Of a stretch of 64,000 nt of DNA, positions 51,700 to 63,886 are shown piece after piece; position 1 is the first letter of the stretch, and each line of letters opens with the position of its first letter. The translations under genes and the position numbers were made by a program. The DNA is from Escherichia coli (GTDB lineage Bacteria; Pseudomonadota; Gammaproteobacteria; Enterobacterales; Enterobacteriaceae), in the NCBI RefSeq assembly GCF_009931435.1, contig NZ_CP043414.1; one strand, 5' to 3'. The notes below the pieces were generated by a model. That model worked only from the letters and a program-made list of their open reading frames with translations, made no database searches and was not told the DNA's origin.

Positions 51700-53100
51700 T
51701 TAGCGCGTATTATGAACGGGTGTTTTTTGCCACAATACCAGTTTTTTCCAGCGCGCCATAATCGGCACGGTACAGATTATCCCTATCGCTAATAAACCGG
51801 TGGAGATCACTTCTAACTGTTGCGCCGGGCGGAATAGCATCACTACCAACACAAAGGTAATAAAGCCGATTACCAGCCAGGTGAGCCACGGGTAAAGCCA
51901 CATTCGCAGGCGAATTTCGCTTCCTTCTGCTCGCAGGATTTTGCGCATTCGTAATTGCGAAACGGCGATGACTAAATAAACCAGCAGGGCGATAGCGCCG
52001 GAGCTGTCGATCAGAAATTTAAACACTTTCGCCGGTGCGTAATAGTTAACCACCACCGTTAAAAACGCCGCGCCGGTGGAGAGTAACACCGCCACGTACG
52101 GGGTTTTACTGCGGTTAATTTTGCCCATTACCGCGGGTGCATCACCGCGACGGCTTAAGGAGTAGAGCATCCTTGACGCGGTATACAGCGCCGAGTTCAG
52201 GCAACTGGTTACGGAAAGTAATATCACGCAGTCCATGATTAATTTCGCATGAGGAATATTGAGCAATTCCAGAACCGAGCGATAAGATCCAACGGCTTTC
52301 AGTCCCGGCATATTCCACGGTATTAATGCCACGACGACAAAAATAGAGCACAAATAGAAGATAGAAATACGCCAGATAACCGAGTTGGTGGCGCGGACAA
52401 TATGTTTTCCCGGCGTGTCGGATTCCGCGGCGGCAATGGTGACAATTTCTGCGCCCATAAACGAGAACATGGTGATCAACATCGCGCTTAATACCGCACC
52501 GAAGCCATTGGGCATAAAGCCGCCGCTATCCCACAATCTTGAGATCCCGCTCACTTCGGCATACGGGTAAAAACCGCTAATTGCGACTGCACCAAGGAAT
52601 ATAAATGCCAGAATGGCAATGACTTTGCACAGCGCCAGCCAGAACTCAAATTCGCCGTAGTTTTTAACGCTTAATAAATTACTGCCAGTTAAGGCGAGGG
52701 TAATGACGAGGGAAAACAACCAGATAGGAATGCCTGGAACCCACGAGTGCAGGATCATGGCGGCGATATTGGCTTCCAGCGGGATAACCAGTACCCAAAA
52801 CCACCAGTACAGCCAGCCGATGGTATAACCCGCCCAACGACCAATAGCTTTATCGGCATAGGTGGAAAACGAACCCGTGTCGGGCGTGGCAACCGCCATT
52901 TCCGCCAGCATTCGCATAATCATAACCACCAGTAATCCGGCGAACAGATAGGCCAGTAATACCGCTGGACCCGCTTCGGCGATGGCGACGCTGGAACCGA
53001 CAAACAGACTTGCGCCGATAACACCGGCAATAGACAACATGGTGACGTGGCGTGACTTCAGCCCGCCGCCTAACTCATGTGGTTGCGATGATTGCCCCAT
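51700..53100 (-). CDS. gabP: GABA permease (APC family)
   Basis: Track ORF to 53163; ATG at 53100 gives MGQSSQPHELGGGLKSRHVTMLSIAGVIG..., 466 aa. Confidence 0.92.
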   Translation of the reverse strand: MGQSSQPHELGGGLKSRHVTMLSIAGVIGASLFVGSSVAIAEAGPAVLLAYLFAGLLVVMIMRMLAEMAVATPDTGSFSTYADKAIGRWAGYTIGWLYWWFWVLVIPLEANIAAMILHSWVPGIPIWLFSLVITLALTGSNLLSVKNYGEFEFWLALCKVIAILAFIFLGAVAISGFYPYAEVSGISRLWDSGGFMPNGFGAVLSAMLITMFSFMGAEIVTIAAAESDTPGKHIVRATNSVIWRISIFYLCSIFVVVALIPWNMPGLKAVGSYRSVLELLNIPHAKLIMDCVILLSVTSCLNSALYTASRMLYSLSRRGDAPAVMGKINRSKTPYVAVLLSTGAAFLTVVVNYYAPAKVFKFLIDSSGAIALLVYLVIAVSQLRMRKILRAEGSEIRLRMWLYPWLTWLVIGFITFVLVVMLFRPAQQLEVISTGLLAIGIICTVPIMARWKKLVLWQKTPVHNTR

Positions 53101-53194
53101 CCTGAATCCTCTCGAAAGTGTGTCACTTGGGAGAGCGCCCCGACATTTCCCGCGTCGGGTCACGCGTGTAATTGTTATTGGTTCTTTTTGCCGG

Positions 53195-53420
53195 AGAGCG
53201 GCTCCGCCTTATCCGGCCGACATAGATTTATTCCTGTTCACGTACAGATTGTCGGATGCGGCGTAAACGCCTTATCCGACTTGGATTCTCGTAGGCCGGA
53301 CAAGACGCGAAGCGTCGCCTCCGGCATGGTGCGCCGAATGTCGGATGCGGCGTAAACGCCTTATCCGACCTACATTTCCGTAGGCCGGACAAGACGCAAA
53401 GCGTCGCCTCCGGCATGGGT
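53195..53420. repeat. Cluster of REP/BIME elements including two tandem ~80-bp units
   Basis: gtcggatgcggcgtaaacgccttatccgac...gtaggccggacaagacgc(g/a)aagcgtcgcctccggcatgg occurs twice (about 53251-53328 and 53340-53417), preceded by a third partial copy. Confidence 0.6.
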
Positions 53421-53426
53421 GCGGTG

Positions 53427-54707
53427 CTACTGCTTCGCCTCATCAAAACACTGGCTGATGATCTCCAGACCCTGACGGATCTGAGCATCTTCAATAGTGA
53501 GCGGGACAAGGATGCGCAGCACGTTGTAATACGGGCCGCAGGAGAGAAGAATCAGGCCTTTATCGCGGGCGCGCGCCACGATGTCGGCGGTGAGTTTGGC
53601 GTCCGGTTTACTGTGATCGCCACCTTCAAACAGCTCGATAGCAATCATCGCCCCCAGCCCGCGAACGTCGCCTACCTCAGTGTGTTTTTCGGCGATCGCC
53701 AGCAATCCGTCTTTCAGCTTTTGCCCCAGATCGTTGGCTTTTTGCAGCAGATTTTCCTGTTCAAACACCTTCAACACTTCCAGCGCCGCGACGCAGGCAA
53801 TCGGGTTACCCGCATAAGTGCCGCCTAAGCCGCCCGGAGCGACAGCGTCCATCACTTCGGCGCGCCCGGTGACGCCCGCCAGCGGGAAACCGCCTGCGAT
53901 CGATTTCGCAAAGGTGGTGAGATCAGGTGCCACGCCCATTTGTTCCATCGCAAACAGCGTGCCGGTACGCCCCGCGCCGCTTTGCACTTCATCGGCAATC
54001 AACATGATCCCGTGCTCGTCACACAGCGCACGTAAACGCTGCATAAAGGCTGGCGTCGCGGCGTAGAAACCGCCTTCGCCCTGAACCGGCTCAATCACGA
54101 TGGCGGCGATATCTTCCGGCGCCGCGTCATTTTTAAAAATTCGGTGAATACTTGCGATAGCGTCATCTTCACTGATCCCGTGGAGCGGGCAAGGATAAAG
54201 CGCGCGATAAACATGGCCCGGCATCAGGCCCATCCCAGCAGAGTACGGATTCACCTTGCCAGTCAGCGCCAGCGTATAGTGCGTGCGCCCGTGATACGCG
54301 CCGCTAAAGGCGATGGTGCCGCTACGTTTGGTGGCGGCGCGGGCGATTTTCACCGCGTTTTCCACCGCTTCGGAACCAGTCGTCACCAGCAGCGTTTTTT
54401 TGGCAAAATCGCCTGGCACCTTCTGATTCATAATCTCGCACAGCTCCAGATACGGCTCGTAGGCCAGCACCTGGAAGCAGGTGTGCGACAGTTTTTTCAA
54501 CTGCGCTTCCACCGCCGCAACCACTTTCGGATGCAGGTGCCCGGTATTGAGCACCGCAATCCCGCCCGCGAAATCAAGATACTCACGGCCTTCAACGTCC
54601 CACACCCGGCAGTTTTCCGCGCGGTCAGCGAAAATCGGGTGAATTTGCCCAACGCCACGGGGAATCGCCTGACTGCGGCGTTGCATTAACTCTTTATTGC
54701 TGCTCAT
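53427..54707 (-). CDS. gabT: 4-aminobutyrate aminotransferase (PLP-dependent)
   Basis: 426-aa ORF MSSNKELMQRRSQAIPRGVG... Confidence 0.95.
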   Translation of the reverse strand: MSSNKELMQRRSQAIPRGVGQIHPIFADRAENCRVWDVEGREYLDFAGGIAVLNTGHLHPKVVAAVEAQLKKLSHTCFQVLAYEPYLELCEIMNQKVPGDFAKKTLLVTTGSEAVENAVKIARAATKRSGTIAFSGAYHGRTHYTLALTGKVNPYSAGMGLMPGHVYRALYPCPLHGISEDDAIASIHRIFKNDAAPEDIAAIVIEPVQGEGGFYAATPAFMQRLRALCDEHGIMLIADEVQSGAGRTGTLFAMEQMGVAPDLTTFAKSIAGGFPLAGVTGRAEVMDAVAPGGLGGTYAGNPIACVAALEVLKVFEQENLLQKANDLGQKLKDGLLAIAEKHTEVGDVRGLGAMIAIELFEGGDHSKPDAKLTADIVARARDKGLILLSCGPYYNVLRILVPLTIEDAQIRQGLEIISQCFDEAKQ

Positions 54708-54720
54708 TCGCGTTCTCCAG

Positions 54721-56169
54721 TTAAAGACCGATGCACATGTATTTGATTTCTAAATAATCTTCGATGCCATACTTCGAACCTTCACGACCCAGCCCCGAGG
54801 CTTTTATGCCGCCGAACGGGGCCACTTCATTGGAAATAATGCCGGTATTGATACCGACGATGCCGTATTCCAGCGCCTCGCCCACGCGGAAGACGCGGCT
54901 TAAATCACGGGCGTAAAAATAGGCGGCAAGGCCAAACTCGGTGTCATTGGCCTGCGCAATCACATCGGTTTCATCTTTAAAGCGGAACAGCGGGGCGAGG
55001 GGGCCGAACGTCTCTTCTTTCGACACTTTGGCGTTGGCCGGAACATCCACCAGAATGGTCGGCTGGAAGAAGTTGCCGCCGCGTTCATGCGCTTTGCCTC
55101 CGCAAACCACGCGCGCGCCTTTCTCCAGCGCATCGGCGATATGCTCTTCCACTTTTGCTACCGCTTTTTCATCGATCAGTGGCCCAATGGTGACGCCTTT
55201 TTCCAGCCCATCACCGATGTGCAGTTTGCTCACCGCCTGCTGCAATTTTTCGGCAAAGCGGTCATACACGCCGTCCTGCACATACAGGCGGTTGGCGCAG
55301 ACGCAGGTTTGCCCGGCGTTACGGAATTTCGAGGCCAGCGCGCCTTCCACGGCTTTATCGAGATCGGCATCGTCAAAGACAATAAACGGTGCGTTGCCGC
55401 CCAGCTCCAGCGACACTTTTTTGATGTCTTTCGCGCACTGTTCCATTAACTGACGGCCAATTTCGGTCGAGCCGGTAAACGACAGCTTGCGCACCAGCGG
55501 ATTGCTGGTCAGTTCGTTACCGACCGCGCCCGCCGAACCGGTGACCACGTTAAATACGCCAGCCGGAATGCCCGCGCGAATCGCCAGCTCTGCCAGCGCC
55601 AGCGCAGAGAACGGCGTCTGACTGGCGGGCTTCAGCACCATCGTGCAGCCTGCCGCCAACGCCGGACCGGCTTTACGGGTAATCATCGCCGCCGGGAAGT
55701 TCCACGGCGTGATAGCGGCGGTAACGCCAATCGGCTGCTTGATAACAATCAGGCGTTTATCGGCCTGATGACCGGGAATGGTGTCGCCATAAATACGCTT
55801 GCCTTCTTCGGCAAACCACTCAATAAAGGAGGCGGCGTAGCTGATTTCGCCTTTCGCTTCAGCCAGCGGTTTACCCTGTTCGAGGGTCATCAGGCGCGCT
55901 AAATCGTCCTGGTGCTCCATCATCAAATTGAACCAGTTACGCAGAATGTTGGCGCGCTCTTTGGCGGTAAGGGCACGCCAGGCGGGCAGGGCGCGGTTGG
56001 CGGCGTCGATAGCGGCGCGGGTTTCATCTGCGCCCATTTTGGGTACGCTACCCAGCTTGTCGCCGTTTGCCGGATTAGTGACCTCGATGACTTCGCCATT
56101 GTTGGCGTCCAGCCACTCCCCGTTAATTAACGCCTGCTGGCGGAATAAGTTACTGTCGTTCAGTTTCAT
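54721..56169 (-). CDS. gabD: Succinate-semialdehyde dehydrogenase [NADP+]
   Basis: 482-aa aldehyde dehydrogenase ORF. Confidence 0.95.
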   Translation of the reverse strand: MKLNDSNLFRQQALINGEWLDANNGEVIEVTNPANGDKLGSVPKMGADETRAAIDAANRALPAWRALTAKERANILRNWFNLMMEHQDDLARLMTLEQGKPLAEAKGEISYAASFIEWFAEEGKRIYGDTIPGHQADKRLIVIKQPIGVTAAITPWNFPAAMITRKAGPALAAGCTMVLKPASQTPFSALALAELAIRAGIPAGVFNVVTGSAGAVGNELTSNPLVRKLSFTGSTEIGRQLMEQCAKDIKKVSLELGGNAPFIVFDDADLDKAVEGALASKFRNAGQTCVCANRLYVQDGVYDRFAEKLQQAVSKLHIGDGLEKGVTIGPLIDEKAVAKVEEHIADALEKGARVVCGGKAHERGGNFFQPTILVDVPANAKVSKEETFGPLAPLFRFKDETDVIAQANDTEFGLAAYFYARDLSRVFRVGEALEYGIVGINTGIISNEVAPFGGIKASGLGREGSKYGIEDYLEIKYMCIGL

Positions 56170-56191
56170 CGCTACATCCTGTTTTCAAAGG

Positions 56192-57460
56192 TTATTGATT
56201 AAAGGCGGCGTGTAAGGCATCCACACTACGTGCCGCTCGCAGCGTGCGTCCGGGGTTACTCTGGCTTGCCAACAGCGTTTGTACCTTGCTGACAATATGC
56301 GCACCAATAGGAATTGCTGATGTCGCTGCCGGGGAGGGCGCATTGCAGGTGTGGATCGTGCGCGGGGTAGTGACAAACAGAAAATCGTCAATCAGCTTAC
56401 CGTCCGGCGATACTGCCTGCGCACGCACACCGGCGGGCCAGGGCTGGAGATCGCTTAACGAAAGCCCGGGACAATACTTTTGCACCAGCCGCAGATAGCC
56501 GCTTTTGCACAGCGAGTTTTTCATCTCGCCCAGTCCTGAGCGTAGATGGTTTTGCAGCACCCGGCGAATCCCCGACGAGCCCAAAATCTCCAGCGTGTCG
56601 CTAAATGAGAAGTCGCGCTTGCGATAGCCTTCGCGTTTGAACGCCAGCACCGCGTTTGGCCCGACGGTCACGCTGCCGTCGATCATACGAGTGAGATGAA
56701 CGCCCAAAAATGGCATTGTCGGGTCGGGTATGGGGTAAATCAGGTGGTTAACAATCTGGTTATGCTCCGGCGCAAGGCGGAAATATTCGCCACGGAACGG
56801 GCAAATGATAAAGCCCGGCTTGAGGCCGAGCATTTTCACCAGCCGGTCAGCCATCAGCCCGGAACAGCTAATCAGCGTCGATGCTTCATATTCGCCGCCC
56901 TGACGGGTCCGTATTACCACGCCCTTTTTATGCTCATTGAGAGCGCTGACTTCGGCGTTATAAATAATCTCGCCGCCTCTGGCCTGGAAGATTTTTGCCA
57001 TCGCCGCTGTCACTTCGCGGTAGCTGACAATACCGCTGGACGGCACAAAAATGCCGCCCAGTCCGGTGATATTCGGTTCGTGCTCGCGTAGCTCCTCGGC
57101 GTTTAACCACTCGCGCTCGATCCCGTTCGCCGCCGTGCGTTCCCATAAGCCGCGCATCCGTTCCATTTCGAGTTCAGACGTGGCGACCAGCATCTTGCCG
57201 CAGTTGTCGTAGCGAATGCCGTTTTGCTCGCAAAAGGCTTTGGTGGCGCGGTTTCCCGCCAGGCAAAACTGCGCCTTCAGGCTGCCGGGTGTGTAATAGA
57301 CCCCGGCATGGATCACGCCGCTGTTGTGGCCCGTCTGGTGACAGGCCGGGCCGGACTCTTTTTCCAGCAACGCAATGCGGGCATCCGGATAGACATCAAT
57401 CAGTTGCATGGCGGTCGACATGCCAATGATGCCGCCGCCAATAATCACAAAATCATACAT
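56192..57460 (-). CDS. lhgO: L-2-hydroxyglutarate oxidase/dehydrogenase (FAD)
   Basis: 422-aa ORF with N-terminal FAD motif VIIGGGIIG. Confidence 0.93.
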   Translation of the reverse strand: MYDFVIIGGGIIGMSTAMQLIDVYPDARIALLEKESGPACHQTGHNSGVIHAGVYYTPGSLKAQFCLAGNRATKAFCEQNGIRYDNCGKMLVATSELEMERMRGLWERTAANGIEREWLNAEELREHEPNITGLGGIFVPSSGIVSYREVTAAMAKIFQARGGEIIYNAEVSALNEHKKGVVIRTRQGGEYEASTLISCSGLMADRLVKMLGLKPGFIICPFRGEYFRLAPEHNQIVNHLIYPIPDPTMPFLGVHLTRMIDGSVTVGPNAVLAFKREGYRKRDFSFSDTLEILGSSGIRRVLQNHLRSGLGEMKNSLCKSGYLRLVQKYCPGLSLSDLQPWPAGVRAQAVSPDGKLIDDFLFVTTPRTIHTCNAPSPAATSAIPIGAHIVSKVQTLLASQSNPGRTLRAARSVDALHAAFNQ

Positions 57461-57479
57461 CCGCTCGATTCCTTTGCGC

Positions 57480-58571
<1,092 letters not shown>

Positions 58572-58791
58572 TTATTGTGATCAAAAGCAACAAATTAGTA
58601 ACATTTAATGTAGGGTATTAAGGCAAAGGAGACAGGAAATGAATAACTAAAGCAACAGGTTAGGGAGAGCTACCATCAGAGAACAGATTATCTGGTCGAT
58701 AAAAAACAGTAAATGGCTTCACTGCAAAATGACCGTTAGTAAACTAAACATATCATCTGCCCCGTTTTAGCGGGGCAGATATAACATTAAA

Positions 58792-61044
58792 TTACAAATA
58801 GAAATAGTTCGGCGGTTCTCCTGTTTTCCCTAAAAGAAGAGCGCTGCGCCCAGGAATATTGATATTTAGAGCTCCGCCTCTAAGCGTAAATACTTTACCA
58901 GGGGGAATACTTTTGCGTGTATTATTATTATTAATGGTAATGCTATTACTCCCCATGTTTTTATATATTCCTGGTTGCAATTTGTTAGGCCAGGTACCTT
59001 CAACTTCTTCGTTTCCTTTATTTATTATAACTAGTCCATCATGAGGAGAGTGATTAATGTTCACAGAATCCCCACGACTAAAGGCCAGAACATTTTTAGT
59101 TGCAAATACACCCTCAAATGCGCTCCATATTCCTTCTTTATCTATATATAATGCGTGGAATTCATTGTAGAGCTGCTGATAGGTAGAGCAACCTTTATTA
59201 AGCCACGCCTCACCGCCGACACGAGTGGACCCATCATCATTTTTAATCTCAGTCGTTGATTTTAATACCTGACCATCCCAGTAAACTAAAGGCCTGCTGA
59301 ACGGGAGAGCGGCCATATATGCCATTGCTAATTGTTCATCTTGCTGATGGTTAAATAAAAAGTCATTGAAAAGATTACCATTGTTAGGGAAATCGTGGTT
59401 GATGTTAATCAATATCCGTCTTTCTGATGGGATGCTTGAGATTGCGGAACCCGGTTTTGATGCAAGGGTTTGGAGATCTCCACCGAATGAAAAGGCTTTT
59501 ATCGTCTTCATGAGCAATGAAAAATCAATGGCGCTTAAATCATCTCTTTCATAAAGCAGCGATGACATTTGTTGTTCATCTAACGGACAAGTTACCAGGT
59601 ATTCCATGTAATTCATAACAGCTTTTTTTTGATATTTTGGATTAAATAAATTTGTATTGTGCAACCGCTCATTATAATTTTTAAGCGGTGGGGTTATCGA
59701 CCTCTCTATTTGTTCATGTTTTGAGTGTTTTGCTGCATCATAACGTAAACCTCGTACGCCATATTTTCGCATTTCACGAACGTATTGATTTTGCAACATA
59801 ATAACCTGGTCACTTTTGGGTGTTGTTTTAGGCATTCCATTTAAACGCTTTTCTTTTAATGCATGGAGGTTTTCCCATTCATCCTTAGAAATATTATCTT
59901 TACTTGCTTCGAAGTCTTTTGCAGTGAGATGTATATCTTCTGGATGGATTTGGTCACGTTCTTTTGTTACTGGATCTATAATAAAGGGAATCAAGACCTG
60001 ACCTTGCCAATAGCCAGGGATACCACTTTCTATATCTTTACTAATCTTCGCTCGTATATCGGCAGAGGGATAATCCAGATCATTTTTACCACTTCCTCCG
60101 ATCCCCATAAAGTTAAATGTATAATCAGGAATGATATCGATGCCAAATTTTTTGGCATCTTTAACCAATGCGATAAAATCCTGCAAATCTCCCATTGGAT
60201 TATGAATGGTACAAAGATCTTCGGGTTGATAAGCGTGATACCAGTAACCTTTTTCTTCTTCAGGTGTTTCTGGTCCGTCGGCGCGGAAAGTTGTTACGGG
60301 AGGGATTTGTATATAACCATAATGGCAACGTGCAAACTCCGCCATATTTTTCCTGATTTGCTGGTAGGTGGCATTAAAAGCATGAAGAATCGCCTCGCCA
60401 GGTTTTTTGGGTGTGATGATTTCACATTGTGATTTCTGATCAGCAGTAAGAGATTTACGCTCAAGTGTTTGCCGTAGATGTTCTGGATTGATTAATATTT
60501 TAAATGTTTCTTGCTGGCCGGAAGGTGACGTTACGTTAATATTATATACATCAGCTGCCAGTTCATAGTCAGGAATGTTAATAGCATATGCAACATACTT
60601 ATCTTTTGGAGACGGTTTGTCAGATATAATGTGAGTGAAATGTTCAGCTGGACCATACTGATGAACACCGCTGTTATCACCTCTTTCAATCATTGTATCT
60701 CGTTGATAAACCCATGTTTTTCCTTCTCCTATCCTGTCTGGCGCTGTAATGCTACGCTGTGCTGCTTTATTCAACTCTCGGTAAGTTGTATCTGGAAAAA
60801 GGGAAATTTTATAATCGTTTTTTAACAGATCATTAATGACTTTTTCTGCGTGAAAAGTTGATATAATTTCTCTGTCTTTTAAATCCTGAGGATAAACTCC
60901 ACAAGAATTAATAATATTTGTTATACAGTTTAGATATTCTAATGTATTTAATTTGGAATTTAGATTCCCGTCAGTAATGTTCCATGATAACAATGTGGGG
61001 TTGTCGATAGGTAAATTTCTTGGTCCTGGTTTTATAGAAAACAT
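58792..61044 (-). CDS. ygaQ: GH13 alpha-amylase-family protein (intact; recalled as fragmented pseudogene in K-12)
   Basis: 750-aa uninterrupted ORF in an AT-rich region; contains alpha-amylase region-II-like motif GVRGLRYDAAKH. Confidence 0.75.
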   Translation of the reverse strand: MFSIKPGPRNLPIDNPTLLSWNITDGNLNSKLNTLEYLNCITNIINSCGVYPQDLKDREIISTFHAEKVINDLLKNDYKISLFPDTTYRELNKAAQRSITAPDRIGEGKTWVYQRDTMIERGDNSGVHQYGPAEHFTHIISDKPSPKDKYVAYAINIPDYELAADVYNINVTSPSGQQETFKILINPEHLRQTLERKSLTADQKSQCEIITPKKPGEAILHAFNATYQQIRKNMAEFARCHYGYIQIPPVTTFRADGPETPEEEKGYWYHAYQPEDLCTIHNPMGDLQDFIALVKDAKKFGIDIIPDYTFNFMGIGGSGKNDLDYPSADIRAKISKDIESGIPGYWQGQVLIPFIIDPVTKERDQIHPEDIHLTAKDFEASKDNISKDEWENLHALKEKRLNGMPKTTPKSDQVIMLQNQYVREMRKYGVRGLRYDAAKHSKHEQIERSITPPLKNYNERLHNTNLFNPKYQKKAVMNYMEYLVTCPLDEQQMSSLLYERDDLSAIDFSLLMKTIKAFSFGGDLQTLASKPGSAISSIPSERRILININHDFPNNGNLFNDFLFNHQQDEQLAMAYMAALPFSRPLVYWDGQVLKSTTEIKNDDGSTRVGGEAWLNKGCSTYQQLYNEFHALYIDKEGIWSAFEGVFATKNVLAFSRGDSVNINHSPHDGLVIINKGNEEVEGTWPNKLQPGIYKNMGSNSITINNNNTRKSIPPGKVFTLRGGALNINIPGRSALLLGKTGEPPNYFYL

Positions 61045-61604
61045 AATAAAGTTCCTCTAATGGTAGAGTAATATGGTGTATACGGAAACATAAAAATGTT
61101 TAATTGTTGTGAAAGTAATTGCAAACAGATGTCCTACTTTTATCCAATATTTATATGGAAAAGGATAATGCTTAAATCTGTTTTTTTAATTATCGATGTG
61201 GTCTGGAGAGGCAACTGTCAAAAATCGCTCATACGAAACTAATGATTAGCAGAATAAGATCTATGAAAGAATATATTGCTATATGAAGTTTATTTTTATG
61301 GGGTGAAAAGTAACAGATATCATAATGATGCGAAAACTCTTCAGTTAATGTAATAAACTTATATTATTAGATACAAAATCATTACAAAGTATCATTGAAT
61401 CGATGATAACTATAGATTGTGCTAATTATTAACATTTGCTTGTTGACTGCGAGTATCGACTTTGCGAATGGAGGTGGTGTCGGGTTTTATGTCGCATGTA
61501 TTGACGACCCAGGATGGATGAGAACGCATAAAAAATCTGTTATTTACATCATAAGATCATCATGTTTATTGCGTGGTTTATAAGTATTGTTATTGCATAC
61601 TCAA

Positions 61605-61680
61605 GGCCCTTTAGCTCAGTGGTTAGAGCAGACGACTCATAATCGCCTGGTCGCTGGTTCAAGTCCAGCAAGGGCCACCA
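61605..61680 (+). tRNA. ileY: tRNA-Ile2 (anticodon CAU, lysidine-modified type)
   Basis: GGCCCTTTAGCTCAGTGGTTAGAGCAGACGACTCATAATCGCCTGGTCGCTGGTTCAAGTCCAGCAAGGGCCACCA; cloverleaf with anticodon loop CTCATAA; adjacent to ygaQ as in K-12. Confidence 0.9.
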
Positions 61681-62431
61681 AATCAGCATTCTTGTATCAG
61701 GAAGAGTTAAGGGTACAAGGGGTACTCGATGGCGGTCTATATTTCACGACTAACGCCATTTCAAGGAAGAAGTGTGGTGGGTGGTTTCGAATGAGGGCTG
61801 GTGTTTTGGTACGTGGCACGCCACTGCAATGTATTTATCCATCAGTACTCATTCAAAAGTACCTGGAAAAAATGCCCGCTATGCCAAGCGGGCAAATTGC
61901 TTACATGTGGAATTAAGTAATTAACGATAAAGCCAGAGTATTATCATTTATTATACCCCTTCATTTAATCAGGTTAATTACTCAAATCACTGAACTATTC
62001 TCTGTTCGCTCACTTATGCTGAGTGAGTACCACGACCAATGTATGTAGAACAATGCCGTAGAGTAAGGATGAAATGTCTCTGCCACGCCTTAAACATCTA
62101 CTACTGACTAGAACCGCCGTCGCATGCAGAAGAGTCTTGTGAGCGTTACAGGAGTCTGGCTTTGCTCATTAATCAACGCTATTTAGATATAAATTTCTAA
62201 TACTCGAAAAACGATTTTCACAAATAAATTATAACGGATGGTTTTTATCATACAGCGAAATAACCTTTTGTTTATTAAATTTAACATTCCTGTGCTAAAT
62301 TAATTAAAAGTACCATGTATAGCATATGAATCTGTTAATGCCAGCAATTGTCTCAAATGAGCGATTTTTTATAGTGACTAACAATAATAACATTAAAAAT
62401 AGTCATGTAGACATTAACTGAGGAAAAGACA

Positions 62432-63886
62432 ATGTTAGTTAGTAAAAGCAACGAAATTAACACTAGCACATTTATAAATAGTGGAAATTGTAATGAAAGA
62501 AAATCTTCTAAATCCATGGAGTTACTAGCTTATAGTATTATAAAATTAATTTGTAAAGAAGCTGCCTCAGGGACGTATAACGGTGCTCTTGAAATTTTAC
62601 AAAAAATGATGTCTGAATGTAAATATCATGAAGGCAATGCTTTTGTCATTATGGGAGCCGGAGAACAATTAAAACGTATTAAATATGATGCTAATGAAAA
62701 TAAATTAAAAGTATACAACGTACACTTTGATAATAATCAAGAGTTAGTTGCTGATGGTGAGCCTGACGTAGTATTTTTAAAAAAAACGGTGTGGGAAGAC
62801 CTTCTCGTTAAACTAAATCTGGAGAACAAAGAAAATGCGGTTTCTGAAATTAACCTGTCATCTAATAAAAATAATGTTGATCAGTTTATTGAATGCGCTA
62901 AGAGAAATGAACAGACCCTATTCGACAATATAAGAAAAAGTGATTTTCATGTTGCTTCACTTCAGCCAGGTAGAACGCGTAGTGTTATTTCAGAAACGCC
63001 GCCAAATGACTGTATGGAATCACCTAATTTATATGAAAACCACACAGATAAGGTTTCAACTGTAACTAAAAATTCTCAGCAAGTTAAAGGTCACTATGGA
63101 GATAAGTTGAAAGAAATGCAGTTGTTCCTCAACCAGATGAGCAATGCACTTCAACAGGATTCATCTTTGTTAGAGTCAAAGGAACACACCATAGATATTC
63201 AAGAAAAAACGAATAAGTTTGTGCAGCATTTTCAGCGGGTATTATTTGATAAAAATGGAAGGTCATCAGAGTTTCTACTTAATTTTTATGAGTGTTGCTA
63301 TAAGTTTTTACCAAGAGCGCAGCCTCAAGATAAAATCGATAGCTATAATTCAGCACTGCAAGCTTTTTCCATCTTTTGTTCATCTACGTTCACACATAAT
63401 AATGTAGGGTTTAATTTCAAATTATTTCCAGAAGTCAAACTGTCTGGAGGAGATCTTGAAACGGTATTCAAATACAAAAATGGCAATTTTGTCTGGGAGA
63501 TAGCCAGAATTAAAATTACTCTCCCAAAAGAAGAGGGTGGTTTATATAATTTAGGTGGATTGGACTTTAAGGGGTGCTTCTTTTCTGGACAGAACTTCAG
63601 TAACTATGATATTAAATATGTGAACTGGGGGACGTCATTGTTTGATGTTGATACTCCGTGTATTTTTAATACGCCTGCTAACAATGAGAGTTATGAAAAA
63701 TCATTAAAGCCTGTGAGCGAAAACGGTTTAAATGGAGTCTTATCTGATCGTAATAAAAAAATAAAAATGATCACGGGCGTGGCACCATTCGATGGTATTT
63801 CATCTATGGATGATGACTTTGATGATAGTTCCTCTGAGGATGAGCCCGTTGAGAATAGTCCTGTTGTGACTAGGCCCCTTGTATAA
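62432..63886 (+). CDS. Hypothetical protein, AT-rich (about 30% GC by eye), probable horizontally acquired island gene
   Basis: 484-aa ORF 750 bp downstream of the tRNA-Ile 3' end. Contains about six tandem 5-residue repeats with hydrophobic centre (GLDFK GCFFS GQNFS NYDIK YVNWG TSLFD) and an acidic Ser/Asp/Glu-rich C-terminal tail. Confidence 0.55.
   Translation: MLVSKSNEINTSTFINSGNCNERKSSKSMELLAYSIIKLICKEAASGTYNGALEILQKMMSECKYHEGNAFVIMGAGEQLKRIKYDANENKLKVYNVHFDNNQELVADGEPDVVFLKKTVWEDLLVKLNLENKENAVSEINLSSNKNNVDQFIECAKRNEQTLFDNIRKSDFHVASLQPGRTRSVISETPPNDCMESPNLYENHTDKVSTVTKNSQQVKGHYGDKLKEMQLFLNQMSNALQQDSSLLESKEHTIDIQEKTNKFVQHFQRVLFDKNGRSSEFLLNFYECCYKFLPRAQPQDKIDSYNSALQAFSIFCSSTFTHNNVGFNFKLFPEVKLSGGDLETVFKYKNGNFVWEIARIKITLPKEEGGLYNLGGLDFKGCFFSGQNFSNYDIKYVNWGTSLFDVDTPCIFNTPANNESYEKSLKPVSENGLNGVLSDRNKKIKMITGVAPFDGISSMDDDFDDSSSEDEPVENSPVVTRPLV

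Noticed and set aside
59863-60432. 189-aa plus-strand ORF
   Set aside because: Antisense within ygaQ; AT-rich sequence gives long open frames by chance.
61587-61916. 109-aa plus-strand ORF
   Set aside because: Starts with TTG and reads straight through the tRNA-Ile gene.
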